Counted from the whole stretch's first letter, positions 37,313-50,850 are shown. The stretch is DNA of 61,944 nt, filler included, from Sphacelaria rigidula (GCA_964200075.2; 11 parts of 11 records of this genome joined end to end with filler, not necessarily neighbours in it), one strand, 5' to 3'. A program made the numbers and translations. The notes: a model not told the origin generated them from the letters alone.

Positions 37313-37456
37313 AAACAGTGTTTTCGTGAGATTGAGAGTAGATGATACGATAGAGAGTGGCTTTGATCATTCGCTTTAAGTGANNNNNNNNNNCTGATTG
37401 ACCGCTTTTCACTCTCAATCGTATCATCTACTCTCAATCTCACGAAAACACTGTTT
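37313..37456. repeat. Near-perfect inverted repeat around a 10-N gap (MITE-like, CAGTG...CACTG ends)
   Basis: AAACAGTGTTTTCGTGAGATTGAGAGTAGATGATACGA and its reverse complement. Confidence 0.7.
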
Positions 37457-37661
37457 ACACAGTATTTGTACCGGTCAAGTTGGATACCGTGCTTTGGTTC
37501 AGACTTTGTTCTTGTTGTGCCGATACACTCGTTCGGTTGAGATTCATATTTTGCCGTACGCACAACCGGCGATTCGTCAAAGGGCGTCGCCAGACCACCC
37601 CCCATACCTTTGTCCACCCAAGGGCGCACCGCACCATATGCACGAATCAATATCACTGTAC

Positions 37662-37880
37662 ATATAATGCGTGAGACGACCGCGTGCTTGAAGGACCGCA
37701 TCGGAATTTCAGCATCCCTATGGTTAGGGTTAGGGTTAGGGTCAGGGTTAGTGTTAGGGTTATGGTCAGGGGCGTGGTACCTGCAAGGACTGGCCTGATT
37801 GGTTTTGAAAAACGTCGATCCTGAGATGTTTTGAACTACGGCGCGGTCCTCTAAGCACGCGGTCCTCTCACGCATTACAG
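37662..37880. mobile_element. MITE with internal (TTAGGG)n-like repeats
   Basis: Same TIRs and core as 10714-10925. Confidence 0.85.
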
Positions 37881-37931
37881 TATACACACGACACATGGTT
37901 GATGACCAGCTCCTAGAGCAGATAACCTTGG

Positions 37932-38028
37932 CCCTGTGACCGCGAGGGTAGGTCATCTGACCATGCAGTCTTTTTTCAGGTGAAACTAGTGCTGGTCCAA
38001 CTGATGACGTATGCTCGTGGTCAAAGGG
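37932..38028. mobile_element. ~97-bp piggyBac-type MITE (diverged)
   Basis: CCCTGTGACCGCGAGGGTAGGTCATC / GATGACGTATGCTCGTGGTCAAAGGG. Confidence 0.65.
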
Positions 38029-38664
38029 CTAAATAGTGCAGATCTATGAGTGCAATTTATCTACAGAACGAACGCCTAGAGAATCCTTAGTAGGCTCAAT
38101 CAAAACGCGAAATCGCCATCATGGCCATTGCCCGCTTCCATTGCCCAGTCCTCTCTCCCCGACCCGTTGCATTCGGAGTCTAAATCTTCAATCCAGATTT
38201 CGGCTGAATGCTTCGACCCGCGACCGATGGGCCCATCTGGTCCATTCCCGCAACGATTGCGACTTGTCGGATCTGTTCCCGAATCCGATCCCCTTCCAAC
38301 ACCCTCCTGCTGTCGCGCTAGCACGGTTCTTCAGGATGAGTCATACGAGCAGCTGTCCCCGACGCGTTGCTCGCTCCATCGCCTGGCCCCTTCGACAGTG
38401 CGCCGTACATCCGTCCCTCCCATCGCCCGTGATGGATCCGCTGGGAGGGACGGCTATTTGTGCTACCGGTATCACTAGTGGGAGTCGCGCCGCTCGCGAA
38501 GGGGGCGGGGGCAAGAAGCAGAGGCCCAGGGAGCCGCAGCTCAGCGTGCAGTTCCCCAGACACTTGCACTCGACATCTGTGGTATCTTTGCCCCGCCTTT
38601 GCCGGCTGTCACGAGCATTATAGGGTTCCGAGGTCCCCGTCTCTATCAACGTGCGTGTGGCTTA

Positions 38665-38941
38665 GGCCCGTTATTATGGACACTGTTTTTTCGGATATCT
38701 ACGAAATTTTCGCGACTGGCAAGGTGCCTGATGACTCTCGAACGCTTGCGATCACCACGGCGTACACAAAGAGCAGCTGGCCGAAGCGCTGCGTTGCTGT
38801 TCGAACTTTTTGGATTTCTCCGAAAATGAAGCTTTGGAGAAAAAGCCAAGCCGCTTTGTTTTCAGCAGTCTGAAGACAGAGTCCGGAAAGCCTTCAAATT
38901 TCTGAAATCTCCGAAATGAACGTTGTCGATAATAATGGGCC
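38665..38941. mobile_element. PIF/Harbinger (Tourist)-like MITE; partial copies ~21740-21810 and ~55936-56070
   Basis: TIR GGCCC(G/A)TTATTAT(G/C)GACA with TTA on both sides. Confidence 0.75.
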
Positions 38942-39490
38942 TTAATGAAAATATATGAATGTTGTCCCGTGGATGGATTCCGCGATAGCCCCGCCGCCAA
39001 ACCAGCTCCAAAACTGTCACGAAAAAATGATCATGCAGCGCATGATAGCTGGTTTCAGACCATACGGAGCGCCTCATATGGGCGACATCGGCGAAAACGA
39101 TCCCATGTATGGGGGTTTCTAGCTACTCGGTGTGCTTGGCTTTTGTCATTTTGATTTGCATGTAGGATTTGCCTCCCCAAACCAGCGACTTTTGTCGAGG
39201 GGCTGTCGCGGCATTACTCCCGTGCGAGCCCCACCATCCCTCTGCTCGACGATTCCCTACCACCCTTCTGATGAAACCTCTTTTGGGATCCAACGTCCCA
39301 CCCGCGCCCGTTGAAGTTCGCTGCAGATATATTGTCCAGAAAGCTCCCCCCCCCCCCCCACCCAGCCCGGCGGTGCGGACATCGNNNNNNNNNNNNNNNN
39401 NNNNNNNNNNNNNNNNNNNNNNNNNNNNTTAATTAATTAANNNNNNNNNNNNNNNNNNNNNNNNNNNNNNNNNNNNNNNNNNNNAGTCCG

Positions 39491-39840
39491 GTCGCCCCGG
39501 TGGCTCAGTTGGTACCCTCAAAACCTTCTACCGGTTGGGTCGTGGGTTCAATTCCCGGAGCGATCTGGGATTTTTCCGCACACCATGCCCAACGGTGGAG
39601 AGCGGCTTTGTCGTGGGTACACAAAATTCGACTTAACAGTCGACGAGGGAAAGGGACTGCTGAGCCCCTCTCGCGATAAAAAATATAGGCAAGCACCGCA
39701 GAAGGAAGGTGGGATATTAAAAACAAATAAAAAATAAAAACTTCTATGTTGACCTTCCTCCTGTGTGACACCGGCTGATGCGCCCACATATACCGAAAGT
39801 TGTAGACCGGCGTCCGGAATAGAAGGGACGACAATACCAA
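39491..39840 (+). mobile_element. tRNA-derived SINE, family A (full length)
   Basis: Canonical Pol III A box TGGCTCAGTTGG and B box GGTTCAATTCC. Confidence 0.9.
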
Positions 39841-39844
39841 AGAG

Positions 39845-41460
39845 TCATCCGGTATGAATCACGGGTGGTACGGGTGTATGTTCTAGGTCACACCGCACGT
39901 ATTACGGAGTGGGAACGTGTACACTCCAAGTAGTATCCGACGAATCAAGGGTGCAAAATATGTACGAATCACACTTGCTGTTTGAATCTCGGGTCGGAAA
40001 CATGTACACTTGATTCATCTCGTGTGAATCGAAGGTAGGGAACATGTTCGTACGATTGATGCTGCAAGAACGGAGATTGGGAAACATATACACTTGATTC
40101 ACCTTGTATGAATGGAAGGCGGAAAACATGTATGTATGATTCACCTCGTATGGATGGAAAGTGCAGAACGGGTGCCCATGATTCACGCTGCATCGATGAA
40201 AGGCGAGATACATGTACGCTTTGACTCACGTCGTAAGAACGGAAGGTGGAAAACATGTGCATGAATCACGTGATTCATGCTGTATGAATAAGAGGAAAAT
40301 AAGCAGCTAGGATGATCACTCTAGGCGCGCAGATGCGTGCTGTGCCATGGTGTACCGTACTGCCCGTGGACTGCAGAGCGGAGTTTTCCCTAAAACTCCC
40401 GTGAACATGCGAGGACAACTCGTGCTGGTGCTGCGTTCTTCGCAAGTGTTCGTGGCAGTATACTCTGTATGTCCAGGTCAACAGTACAACGGAACACATG
40501 AAATCACAAAGGCTGCCAATAGCATAGCTCGGGGGGAAAACTAACTAGAAAAACCGCTCTGGGCACGCAAACGACGCGTGTCTTGTACTATAATTGATGT
40601 GTTACGTGTGAGAACGAAATATAAAATCGAGTTCACTGCAGATTTGGCTCTTGAGGGGTTCGCGATCTGTACGCTCTGATTTGCCTACGCCACCAGCAAA
40701 AGGGCCGCGCCACCGAAGAGTCGCGCCCCATGAAATCACAGCTGGGAAACAACGTGTTCACACTATTTATATCATGAACAGAAGGTGGAGAACATGTGCG
40801 CATGATTCGCGCTGCATACGTGAAAAGTGGGGAACATACACTTTTGATCCACCTTGCAAGAACGGAAGGCAGAGAACATGCACGTACAATTCATGCCGCA
40901 TGAATGGGAATCGAGAAACTTGTACGTACGCTTGATTCACTTCGTATGACTGAAAGGTGGAGGACACGGGCGTATGACATGAACGGAAATTGGGAATCAT
41001 GTACGCTTGATTCACCTCGTATGAATGGAAGTTGGAGAACGTGTTCCCATCATTCATTTTGAATTAACAGAAATTGGGAATCATGTACCAACGGAATAAT
41101 GCTACGGTAGGGGTGGACCTTCTTCGTGAAAATTTGTCTGGTTCAGGGGCTCCTAACGATTCTAGACGAACAAGAACATGGGCCAGGGCGTCCCCGTTTG
41201 CAGATTTATTCGGGATATCCCCAGCACGTTGGAATAGTAATCCTGATGCACTCTCGCATATTTTCATGAGACGTGTTTTGGATGAGATAATGGGCTCCTA
41301 ATAGTTCCGACCTCAGAAAATATTTGTGTAACCCTACCGTAGCACCACTCAATGATTCACGCCATACGAATGGAGGGTAGGAAGCGTGTACTGGGAATGT
41401 GTGCACTCAAGGTGGTGTCGTACGAATCACGAACCCAAAACATGTACACATCACAACTTT
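39845..41460 (-). repeat. Copies of the 42-bp minisatellite element (~39845-40400, ~40770-41090, ~41350-41460)
   Basis: Reverse complement of 17020-17650. Confidence 0.8.
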
Positions 41461-41544
41461 TTTGCGAATAGTATGACTCATCCGTTCAAGTGTTGAGTAT
41501 GAGTCGAATCACGACTTTATTCGTCAGAACCGTGAAATTTTGAC

Positions 41545-42242
41545 ACGGCATTTTTATCAACACGCGCAACAGTATCAAAGGTGCGAAGAAAAAGAACAGA
41601 AGGTTAGAGCCATTTGAAGTTTCAACAAAAACAGGAAAAATGATATAACTCCGTGAAAATTGACAAATACGGCGGCATCACCTTACACGTTGTGCGTACT
41701 TGCGTGCAGGAAATCCCGCTTAACTTTCGGTCGAAAATACCTCAAATTGGGCGCAGCCGGGCATTCTTCGTGTGACAACGCTGCGCCCGTTTAATCCAAG
41801 TGATACAGGGGACTCCAGTCATGGAGGTCACGAGTTCGAATCCCGACATATTTTTCTTCCGCAGTTAAGATCATATATATTTATTATTATTGTTATGTTC
41901 GTCACATTAGCTCGATCTCTCGAATCCGTGGTCAAAGAGTGCAAGGAGCATATCACCCATATCCATAAATCAAACAGCTCGCAGAGAAAGGCCAAGAAAC
42001 AAAACATCTCACGAAAAAGGGCACCTACGCTACGATAGATCCGTGTAAGACCGATTGAACTACAGTTGTTGTTATTGTTGTTGTTGTCTTCACATTAAAA
42101 AGTCGTCCCAGTATCTGCGCAGTGCTGTACTGGGCATCTGACTCGGACATCTTCCGTGGTCACAGGGTACCACCCCATGCTAGGGTAAAAGGAAAATCAG
42201 GAAATAAAATCGGACCCACGAAAAATTCACACAGACGCGATA

Positions 42243-42278
<36 letters not shown>

Positions 42279-42685
42279 AAGGTGAAAAGAAAAAGAAGAA
42301 AGGAGGAACCTATCCTTGGACCTCTGCGAGAACAGCTATGCGTATGCATAAACTAGGCAAAACAGAAAGGGCGCCACATGACACCGCCCACCGCCTCGGA
42401 GGGAGGGGTGCGTCGGAGTCAGCAGTTAGTAGCTTCCATCCTCTCCCTACTCCCCTTGAGACTCTTGTTTCAGTGCACGTAGTAGACCTACTGGAATCCA
42501 AAAAGTCCCCGCGTATATAATGCAGTACATATTTTCCTTCATTTTGTCATTCAGCGGCGGTGCCGTACGTCAACAGGTTGGTCTTCCGTTCACAGCGTTA
42601 TGCTCAAGTCGCGCTGCTTTGATAAAATTTGATAAGTTGTGATGTAAAGAGCAACTGCGGGATTTACTGCTAACCCAGCTCGTAG
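41545..42685 (+). mobile_element. Family C repeat split by insertion(s) at ~41860-42520
   Basis: Both flanks are colinear with 24040-24550; contains GAGTTCGAATCCC. Confidence 0.65.
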
Positions 42686-43109
42686 ATGAAGAGGTGGCAG
42701 GCGAAACAACAGTTCGAACTGGCTCTAAAATCGGCAGATATAAAGGCATACAATGTTACAGACGGTACAGTATCGTCGTCCAGCTCAGTCCAAATAAGCA
42801 TCCTTCGCAGTGAGTGGGTTGGATATCATCTTGAGTCGGGAAAGAGTGGTGAAGAACAGGGCAGGCATTTTCGCAAACTTGGGTGCCTTCTAGCGACACA
42901 TGCTTTGTGGTGCTGTCACGACACAGCAATGCAACCTATTCTGAACGCTTCACATCGACAGCGGTTTCCCCATACTTGGCGTACTTCAACTGCAGCAGTA
43001 TTTGAAGCATCCATCCCCTGTACCGACCGCAACTATATCTGCCATGCTCGCGGAAAAGAACACAAAGCAATATGCGTTAACATCAGATCACGCCCTCTAC
43101 TTGTCTCAC

Positions 43110-43317
43110 CCTGCCGAGCAGCCAGGTGCTACTACTAGTCCTCTCTCGGTCGGACATGTCCGCTTCAACGATCCAGCCTAGTTCTTGTGCAATTTCAGGG
43201 TGCTGAACCATTGCCGTCGCACCCCACGGCAGGCGCTTGGCGGACATTCCCGCAGGCAAGGGCAGCGGAAAAGGTATGCCTGCATTTCTCTCGCGATCCT
43301 TCATCATTGCAACAGCG
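43110..43317 (-). CDS. Candidate internal exon of an unknown gene
   Basis: acag|...|gtgaga with an open 69-codon frame AVAMMKDRERNAGIPFPLPLP...STWLLGR; no recognisable motif. Confidence 0.4.
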
Positions 43318-45124
43318 CTGTTCTACACAGCGCAGCTTGGCGTTCTACAACAACGAACTCTCACCGAGGGTTAGTACAACTCATGGTTGGCTATCATGCA
43401 GCTGTAGTTTGTCAGTCAAATTCGGAACAGTTTTGCCATGACATCAACAACCAGGTGCGAACAAGTCATATGCATCCGGGTGCAAATTTACTCCGCCTGC
43501 ACACTCTGGGGAATCTTGACTGTACTGTATCGTTGAACATTGCCGCCGACCATGGTAGCCCCGAAATGACAACGCCTTTTTTCCCAGAAAAAGTATTGCT
43601 ACATCATAATCCGCTGCCCGGTTCTGCATTGGTCCCAGTACCCCGCACTGCCTTCCCCTTGCGCTTTCTTTCCTTTTGTGGTGGTCATGCGGCAATGACC
43701 TGCCGCACGTAGTGCTTGCCATGATCTCATGATGAATATGTGCACATGGGTGCGCATTTTAATTTTTTCGGTAATGGAAGCGCTGTGCTGGGCGAAACTT
43801 GTGTCGTTTTCAAACTAAAGCTGCGCTGGCGACACCCCATTGATGCAGGATATCTTTTCTCTTACTGCATTAAAGACTGCAATACCCACACCGCCAGCAA
43901 TCTTACCACAACGACAGTAAATCCGAGGGAGCAAGCTCCTAGTCGTGCAGTAACGTTATCGCCCGTGCCGCCCAAATCTGCATGCTGGAACAGTAATAAG
44001 CAGGCAGAAAGTATTGGCAAGCTGTATTTGTCTCTCCGGTTTGGCCAACGAGCGAGCAAGTTCTCGGGAGTTCACGACGGCAAGACTGAGATCGACCCGA
44101 CCAACGACGTCGCCTAGGAAACCAAGGACACCATGGGGCAGCTCTTCAGTAATTGTCTCAGACCCGACAAGGCGGATCGCGAGGAAAATGAAGGTGCAGT
44201 ATAGTACACACAGTACGGTATAGGAACCCCGGGGTGTTTGGCCGGGTTGTGGCAGGGGTTTCTGTGTCCATCGGGGCGCCAGTTTTTGAGAGTGAGCGAG
44301 ATAGATTCCGCGTTTTTTTTGTGCACAGAGTCCAGTGTACAGACAGTAAATACAGTATACCAGTGTGCGCATCTTCGGGCTGTTCTCAACTTCTATGCTA
44401 TGAGCCTCGCCTCGGAACAATTTCACCTGCCGACAGACGAGAGAAGCGCGGCCTAACTGCATGAGGCATCAATGTTGTTCCTTTTCGGTGATATGTACTC
44501 GTATGATCCCTTTTGGGACCGGACCTTCAGAACGATCAATTAGGCCGGTTAGGAATGATGACGTGTCTGGCGTCTGCACGAAACAACAGTGGCGTGTTGC
44601 TGAAAATCCGCGTATGTAACCGTAGGGTTATGAGGAAGATCGAAAGTTTTATCCAATCTATTTCCAGGTGCAGGGTGCGCATGAGGTAATATACATCTGA
44701 TGTAGCAAGCAGTATGGGTCGCGGTAGAGAGCTTCCAGCAGGATGCGGCGACCGGGGGACCGCCCGCCACTTGTGGCTTTGGGTGATATTTTTGTCCCCT
44801 TTATCTTGCCACACAGCACACAGCCCTTTGTGGTCGGCGTGGGCCGCCATTTCCCTCTTTGTTGCATGCGGCAAATTCTCCTCGAAGAGTATCAGCGTTG
44901 CGGCGTGGATACAGCAGTATGGTACGCTACAGTGCAGTACGCCTCTCCGACTGCAGCAGCCGCTGCCGCTGCATACTCCCTTGCACGTTCTGGGCAATTC
45001 TCAGCTACCGAGATCACCTGCCTANNNNNNNNNNNNNNNNNNNNNNNNNNNNNNNNNNNNNNNNNNNNTTAATTAATTAANNNNNNNNNNNNNNNNNNNN
45101 NNNNNNNNNNNNNNNNNNNNNNNN

Positions 45125-46110
45125 CCGTCCACCACGGAAACCCGTGCAGCCCCGTGATGCAGGAGCGAGGACGCGTCACGTACCGTATATATAGTGAATT
45201 CGTATCTGCCATCCAACGCCACTGCGAGTGTGCTAAGACTCACTGCGGATGCGATGAGTAGCGACACTGCAGCCCTAGCACGCCCCGCGCACAAGTCCAT
45301 ATACGCGGGGTTGGTAGAGACCAAGAAGCGACTACTACGAGATGCGGAGGAAGAGGTCCCAGAAGAAGACTTCGACTCCGTTGCCGCCTTCAGCAACCAG
45401 AAGGCGCCAACACCACGCGGCGGCACGCCTTTCGGGGCATCCCCATCTGCTCGTGACGCGCGGAAGCGTCCGCGGGAAGAGTCGACCAAGCAGACCAACC
45501 GTGTCAAGTTCGACACGCGAGGAGAAGCACCGGCGACCGGGTTCCTTCCCGCCCGCGATGCACCCAAGGGGGAGCGTGACGTTGCCATGCGATTGCTGGG
45601 AGTGTGCTTCAACCACGCGTAAGGACGAGACTGCCGCAGCAAGGACGCAGGGGGCTGCAACTACTCCCATGACAAAGACCGCATCCCGTTCGGTTACTAC
45701 AAGCAGCCGGAGCAGACGCAAGCAAAGCCTCAGACAAAGAGGGATAGGCCGATGAGCCTACAACTGGGGGAGTTGTTCATGCTAATCGACAGCCAAAACG
45801 AAGATCGGGAGTTCGATCACAGGCTGGACAAACCGGAAAGCGTCGACGACGAGGAGGAGGGAGTCGATACGGTTGATGCGCTGAGCAACCGTTTCGACGC
45901 CACAGGAGAGGAATGAAGGTGCGCCCTGGGGCCGCAGTCCCCGGGGGACAGCGTAGAGGTGGATAGGTTAGCAGCAGTGAAAGGTAATGATGCACAGCAA
46001 CTGTGGGTGCCAGCTAGAGTTTGGCACCACAGTAAAAGTAGCCTCGGTTTACCAGTAACGGTGTTACTGCACACCGGGGCGGGGGGAGGGGTAGCTGTGC
46101 ATCAGTTCAT
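45125..46110 (+). mobile_element. Decayed retrotransposon gag-protease region (Ty3/Gypsy-like)
   Basis: Gag-like frame with C-x8-C-x7-C-x3-H (one in-frame stop), then VTVLLHTGAGG resembling the aspartic protease LLDTGA motif. Confidence 0.65.
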
Positions 46111-49100
46111 CTTTGGTCCACGATCTCGAAAAAATGAATGTAGTTCCGGGCGGGTCTGAATTGGAATCCAATAGCCCGCAATTTTACTCTCAGCTGTATG
46201 GGTATGGACCCGCTGCCTCGCGTAGGGGGCGGTGCTTTATACTCTCCACTCATTTCATATGTACGCACGCAGAACTTAAACCCCCGCCCGGACAGCTGCT
46301 GCATCTTGAAGTTCTTTGCTCGATTGTGCGCAGTTCGGTGTATGATCGTGGAATGTTGGTTCTGTTGATTGATTTTCGATCCTGTTTAGTTTTGCACGCG
46401 TTTCGCAATAGAAACATAGCTCTTGCAAGTGAGAGCAGATAGGAATCACCCAATTTGGACATGCTCATACTATTTTATGAAATATGGGTACGCCTTGTTG
46501 GCTGATATGTCGATGTTTTTCCCCAAACGCGGTCCGCCATCAGGAGTGAGTTGATTTTCACCACCTTGGCCACATGCGTTTCCGCGCCCTACCTAAGTAT
46601 GGTGAGAACCACCATAACGGTCTCCGTAGTTTGATTACCCCTAAACTGGCGCAAAACGTGACCGCGTCGCTGCCAGCGCGCATCATGATAGCTGATTATT
46701 GTTTTGTCAAGTCATGTCCTTGCTAAAACAAATCTGGCACGGTGATGAAAACGAGATTACACTTCTTATTTCATTTGGAAAATCAAATCTCTCAGCCGCT
46801 GCTACGAATATCCTCTTACAGCGTTGTACCTTCCCGAGGGTGTGACTACACCGCAGATGATATTATACGACACAATAGTTCCCGTTTGAAGCACCATGAT
46901 ACAAACAGAACGGTGTTGCCCATAGTTGTTGTCAACATTGCGTATCTCTACTGTGCAAGCCGAGTACTAGAACGAAGCAACAACAGAATTTCGGTCATGC
47001 AAGTTACGAGGTTTCGCTAGCTCATGCGAATACGACTCACTCTTACTATATGACTACACATTCCACCATCAGTTTGTGCACAAAGTTTGTTTTTACCATC
47101 ATGTCGACCTTCCTGCATCTGCTCATTGCTTGAATCAAACATCGTTACCGTTTCACCGTTATTCCTGAAACAATCGTAAGCTCACAGCACGTGGGAAAAG
47201 TCCAACGCAGAACACACACGCTGAACGTCAGGATATTCTTGATCACAGCTTCAGGCCGACTCGGTTTCTCTTTTCTTTTGGTGGCGTCAAACTCTGCACT
47301 CCGAAAGAAGTGAACACCAGGGTGATAGCACCCGGTTGGGCCGGTCCTTGGAAAAAACCGGATCCAACCAGATGTAAACAGGCATGTTTATGTATTCCGT
47401 CTCTTGACGGATTACATCACATCCTCACTCCTGACTGCGGTACTAGCTAGTTCCCGCAATCAGCCCTCCGGGCGCGTATTGTCGTTTTGAATCGACGGCC
47501 CATCATCGTACTATCCTCATCCACCACGCCACGCCGCGATCCGTAAAAGTGACTGATCACATAGCAACGCAAACTGTACGCAACAACCTGTAGCACGGCC
47601 CGTGCTGTAGTGAAGACACTGCCCCTTTTTCCGCACTGAATGTATTACGTGCGAACGTTATGTGTACAGCATCCCACGAGCAGCAGTGAAGAAGTATACT
47701 GCATACAGTATGCAAAATGTGGTCGCGATACCAAACACATGCGATGCTGTGGCAGTACACCTGTTGCGACAGTAGCCTGTCGAGGCAGCGGAAATTGTAT
47801 ACTAAGAGCAAATGGGAATGAGTCGAGGTCCGCAAAATGCCCATGCCGTGCCTGTGAGGTAAAGATCAATTGCTCAACATGGAAGCACCCTGGTGTAGAA
47901 TAACCGGTTGATTGACATAGAATAAAAGTGCAGCAACCTCCCCTGTCATTCTCACGCCGCTGTAAAAAGGCGTCGGGAAAGTCTCGCACTGTAAGGGAAG
48001 ACACATTGCCCGCTGCCCAAGCAGGTTCGCAGCGCTCCTTGTCTGTGCACACTGTCCTCGTTGGCTACTCTGCGCGGCCGCTCATTGCTCGGCACGGCAC
48101 CTAAACCTCAACGGCACAAGACTGCAACGTATGGAGAATCTTCATTATTGATAATTTCCCGTCTTGGTGCCAGTCTCGAGTATCAGGGGGCGGACGCAAC
48201 AACATCCTAACAACGTCTACCCCTGGACCCGCATGGATTTCGTATTGTTACCCTCTACAATCGCCAGTAGAAAGTGTTCTAGTTTACGGAATCACTTCAG
48301 TATCGTGTAAAATCATCGCTTCAAGCCACGCTGCGCTGACAACGCCTTGGATCGCCGCAACTACTGCGTCAACATCAACCTGCGGCTTTCAGCCACACAT
48401 ACGCTAAGTCACAGCATCATCAGGCGCTAGGTGTGCGGCCTTTCGGCGTCTAATCTCCAAAAATACCGCCTGCATATCATTGAAAAGGATTAATACTCTA
48501 TCCGTCTGATGGTGATCTGTATGACCCGTGTGATTCGTACATATATGTCTGATGATGATCTGTATGACCCGAGTATCCGTACATGATTTCCTCGGGCACA
48601 CTTACGTAATCCGTATCAGGTGTACACGAAACGTCAAGAACCTGTGTATCCTTATAACCTGTACAATATACCTCCCTCCTGATCGATGATATCCGGATCA
48701 CGAGGACCGTTCCATGACTAGTTGAACTGTATCACCCGAATCGGGTACACAATTGAGTTCACACTTGAGCTGTATGGCCCGTATCCTAAAGAAAATGATT
48801 CGTCCGACGTGTGATGACCTTTATTCCAGGATGCACACGAGGGGCGTGCAGTTGGTGGAGATCACCGGCGCTGCAGCTTGTGAAAAGCACGCGGTATGTG
48901 ACGAGCTTGTTGCATGATCTCGCTGTCAATGCCACCGCGTATGGTGCAGTTTTACCATAGTTATGGGGGTGAATGAAGGCCTCACCAACAAAAACTCCGG
49001 TTCCCACAAAACAAATTGAATACGGACGAATATTGAAGACGTATTGAAGACGTCATGGACTGGTCGGGCCTATGCCGAACCTCTGCCGAAAATGAAACAC

Positions 49101-50781
49101 GCTCCATCCCAAGTTACCCACGTTTAGTATGTGACAGATGTATTTTTTTTCGTCGCAATTATCTCGAGACAGGAAGCACAGCGGCCTCTGGAACTTCACA
49201 GCCCCCCTCACACACACTAGATCTATTCAGCAACGCAAGTAGATTAGCTTCATTTTCCACAGGGCATCCGAAAAGCCCCAGAACGTTGCAGGAAACGCGT
49301 TTTTCAGAACATTTCATGTTTGGTGCAGCGGTTTGCAAAGTGCTGCAGGTCCCGCGGCACGCGTACGGAAATCTGTTGCCACATTGCATAGTTCCGGTGT
49401 ATGGGAAGCGCACGCATCAAACCGTAGTCCAATCCTCTCCCTCGTTGCGGACAAAATAGAGTTGAAAAATCGGCACTTGCGGCTTCAGGAGCGACAGCGT
49501 TTATCGAGGTGAAAAATGCGGAATTCCCAAAAGCTCGGTGTTTCGAAACTAAAGAAAATAGCGGAGTCCCGCGCAGCATGGACAAAGTACAAGGAAAAAA
49601 CCGGTCAAGACTGATTCTGTGCCTTGACAGCCGCGCGCAAGGCCAAGGCGGCGCCTCACCGCGCGGAGATGGCTGAAAAAAAACTCAAGGCGGCCACCGG
49701 AAGGCTCAACGCGGTCACTGAAATATTTGACGCGTCTGTGTCATGTCAGAGTGTCAAAGGTCCAACGCAAAAGCTAAGCCGGTGCGCCTAATTTCTGTTG
49801 CGGTCCTTTAGTTTTTCAACTGTCAGGAGACAGCAATGATGTTCTCGGTGATTGACTGTGAATACTAATAACAATATGTGAACAATGCAGCATGAGACAA
49901 GCTTCGTTTTGAAGGGTATGTGTATGTATCTTCCGTCCTGCCATGTGGTGCTGATTTCTTGTATGCGCCCGTGTACAAGGGGCAATTCATTCTCGCAACA
50001 TAAAGTACCATGAACCATATGGTTTGCTGTGATCAAAATCGGCTGTTGTGTATACGCTGTCGAGCGCACAAGCCAGGGCCTCAAGCGCGGTCTTTTCTAT
50101 GTTCGATGTACTGCCTTCGCTAGACCGAAGACAGCCATGACGTTTGCTGCCACTACTGCCTGTGTGCATTAATAACAAGATAACATGAGGAAACGAAGAG
50201 ACTGGACAGGTGGGATATTTGTGCATTGCCTCTGCACACCAACGACAATCGGAGAACATGTGCTGTCACTACTGCCGGTATACATTGATAACAAGCTACG
50301 TGCTGGTTTCCTCTGTGTTGTCGTGAAAAGCAACTTTGCGTTACAACAGCAAGTACCCGTCACCTCTCAACTGCAGTGGGCAAGGCCACACATGAAAGTC
50401 GCCTGAGCTCACGTCGGACGGATCAAGCGCAGGAGCCCACGTGTGAAGAGCGGTTTTGACCATCGTCTGTGTACCGCACTTCACGCACTAAGAGCAGCAG
50501 CCATGATGCTTGTTGCCACTGCCGCCTGTGTATACCAACAACAATATGCAAACATGGCGGTTGGCAAGTTGCAGTTTCGATCGAATGCTTCGTTCGGGAC
50601 TAGATACTACAAAGCAAGAATGAGCACGGGCATTTGCGCCAACATGCGCATTCCAGCACTTGTTNNNNNNNNNNNNNNNNNNNNNNNNNNNNNNNNNNNN
50701 NNNNNNNNTTAATTAATTAANNNNNNNNNNNNNNNNNNNNNNNNNNNNNNNNNNNNNNNNNNNNGGGGAACCATGCGAAGA

Positions 50782-50850
50782 GGGGGGGGGGGGGGGGGGG
50801 GGGGGGGCGTACTCATTTGTTGCTTGCCTTAGTCGTTTGACCGTTGACCG
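50782..50850 (-). mobile_element. Very short LINE 3'-tail insertion with a long C tail
   Basis: ~26 G + CGTACTCATTTGTTGCTTGCCTTAGTCGTTTGACC, flanked by GAGGGGGG on both sides. Confidence 0.8.

Noticed and set aside
37720..37770. Chromosome telomere
   Set aside because: Short degenerate array enclosed by TIRs in a dispersed element.
39491..39565. Possible tRNA gene
   Set aside because: The cloverleaf is imperfect and continues into a ~280-bp body shared by five dispersed copies, so it is a SINE head.
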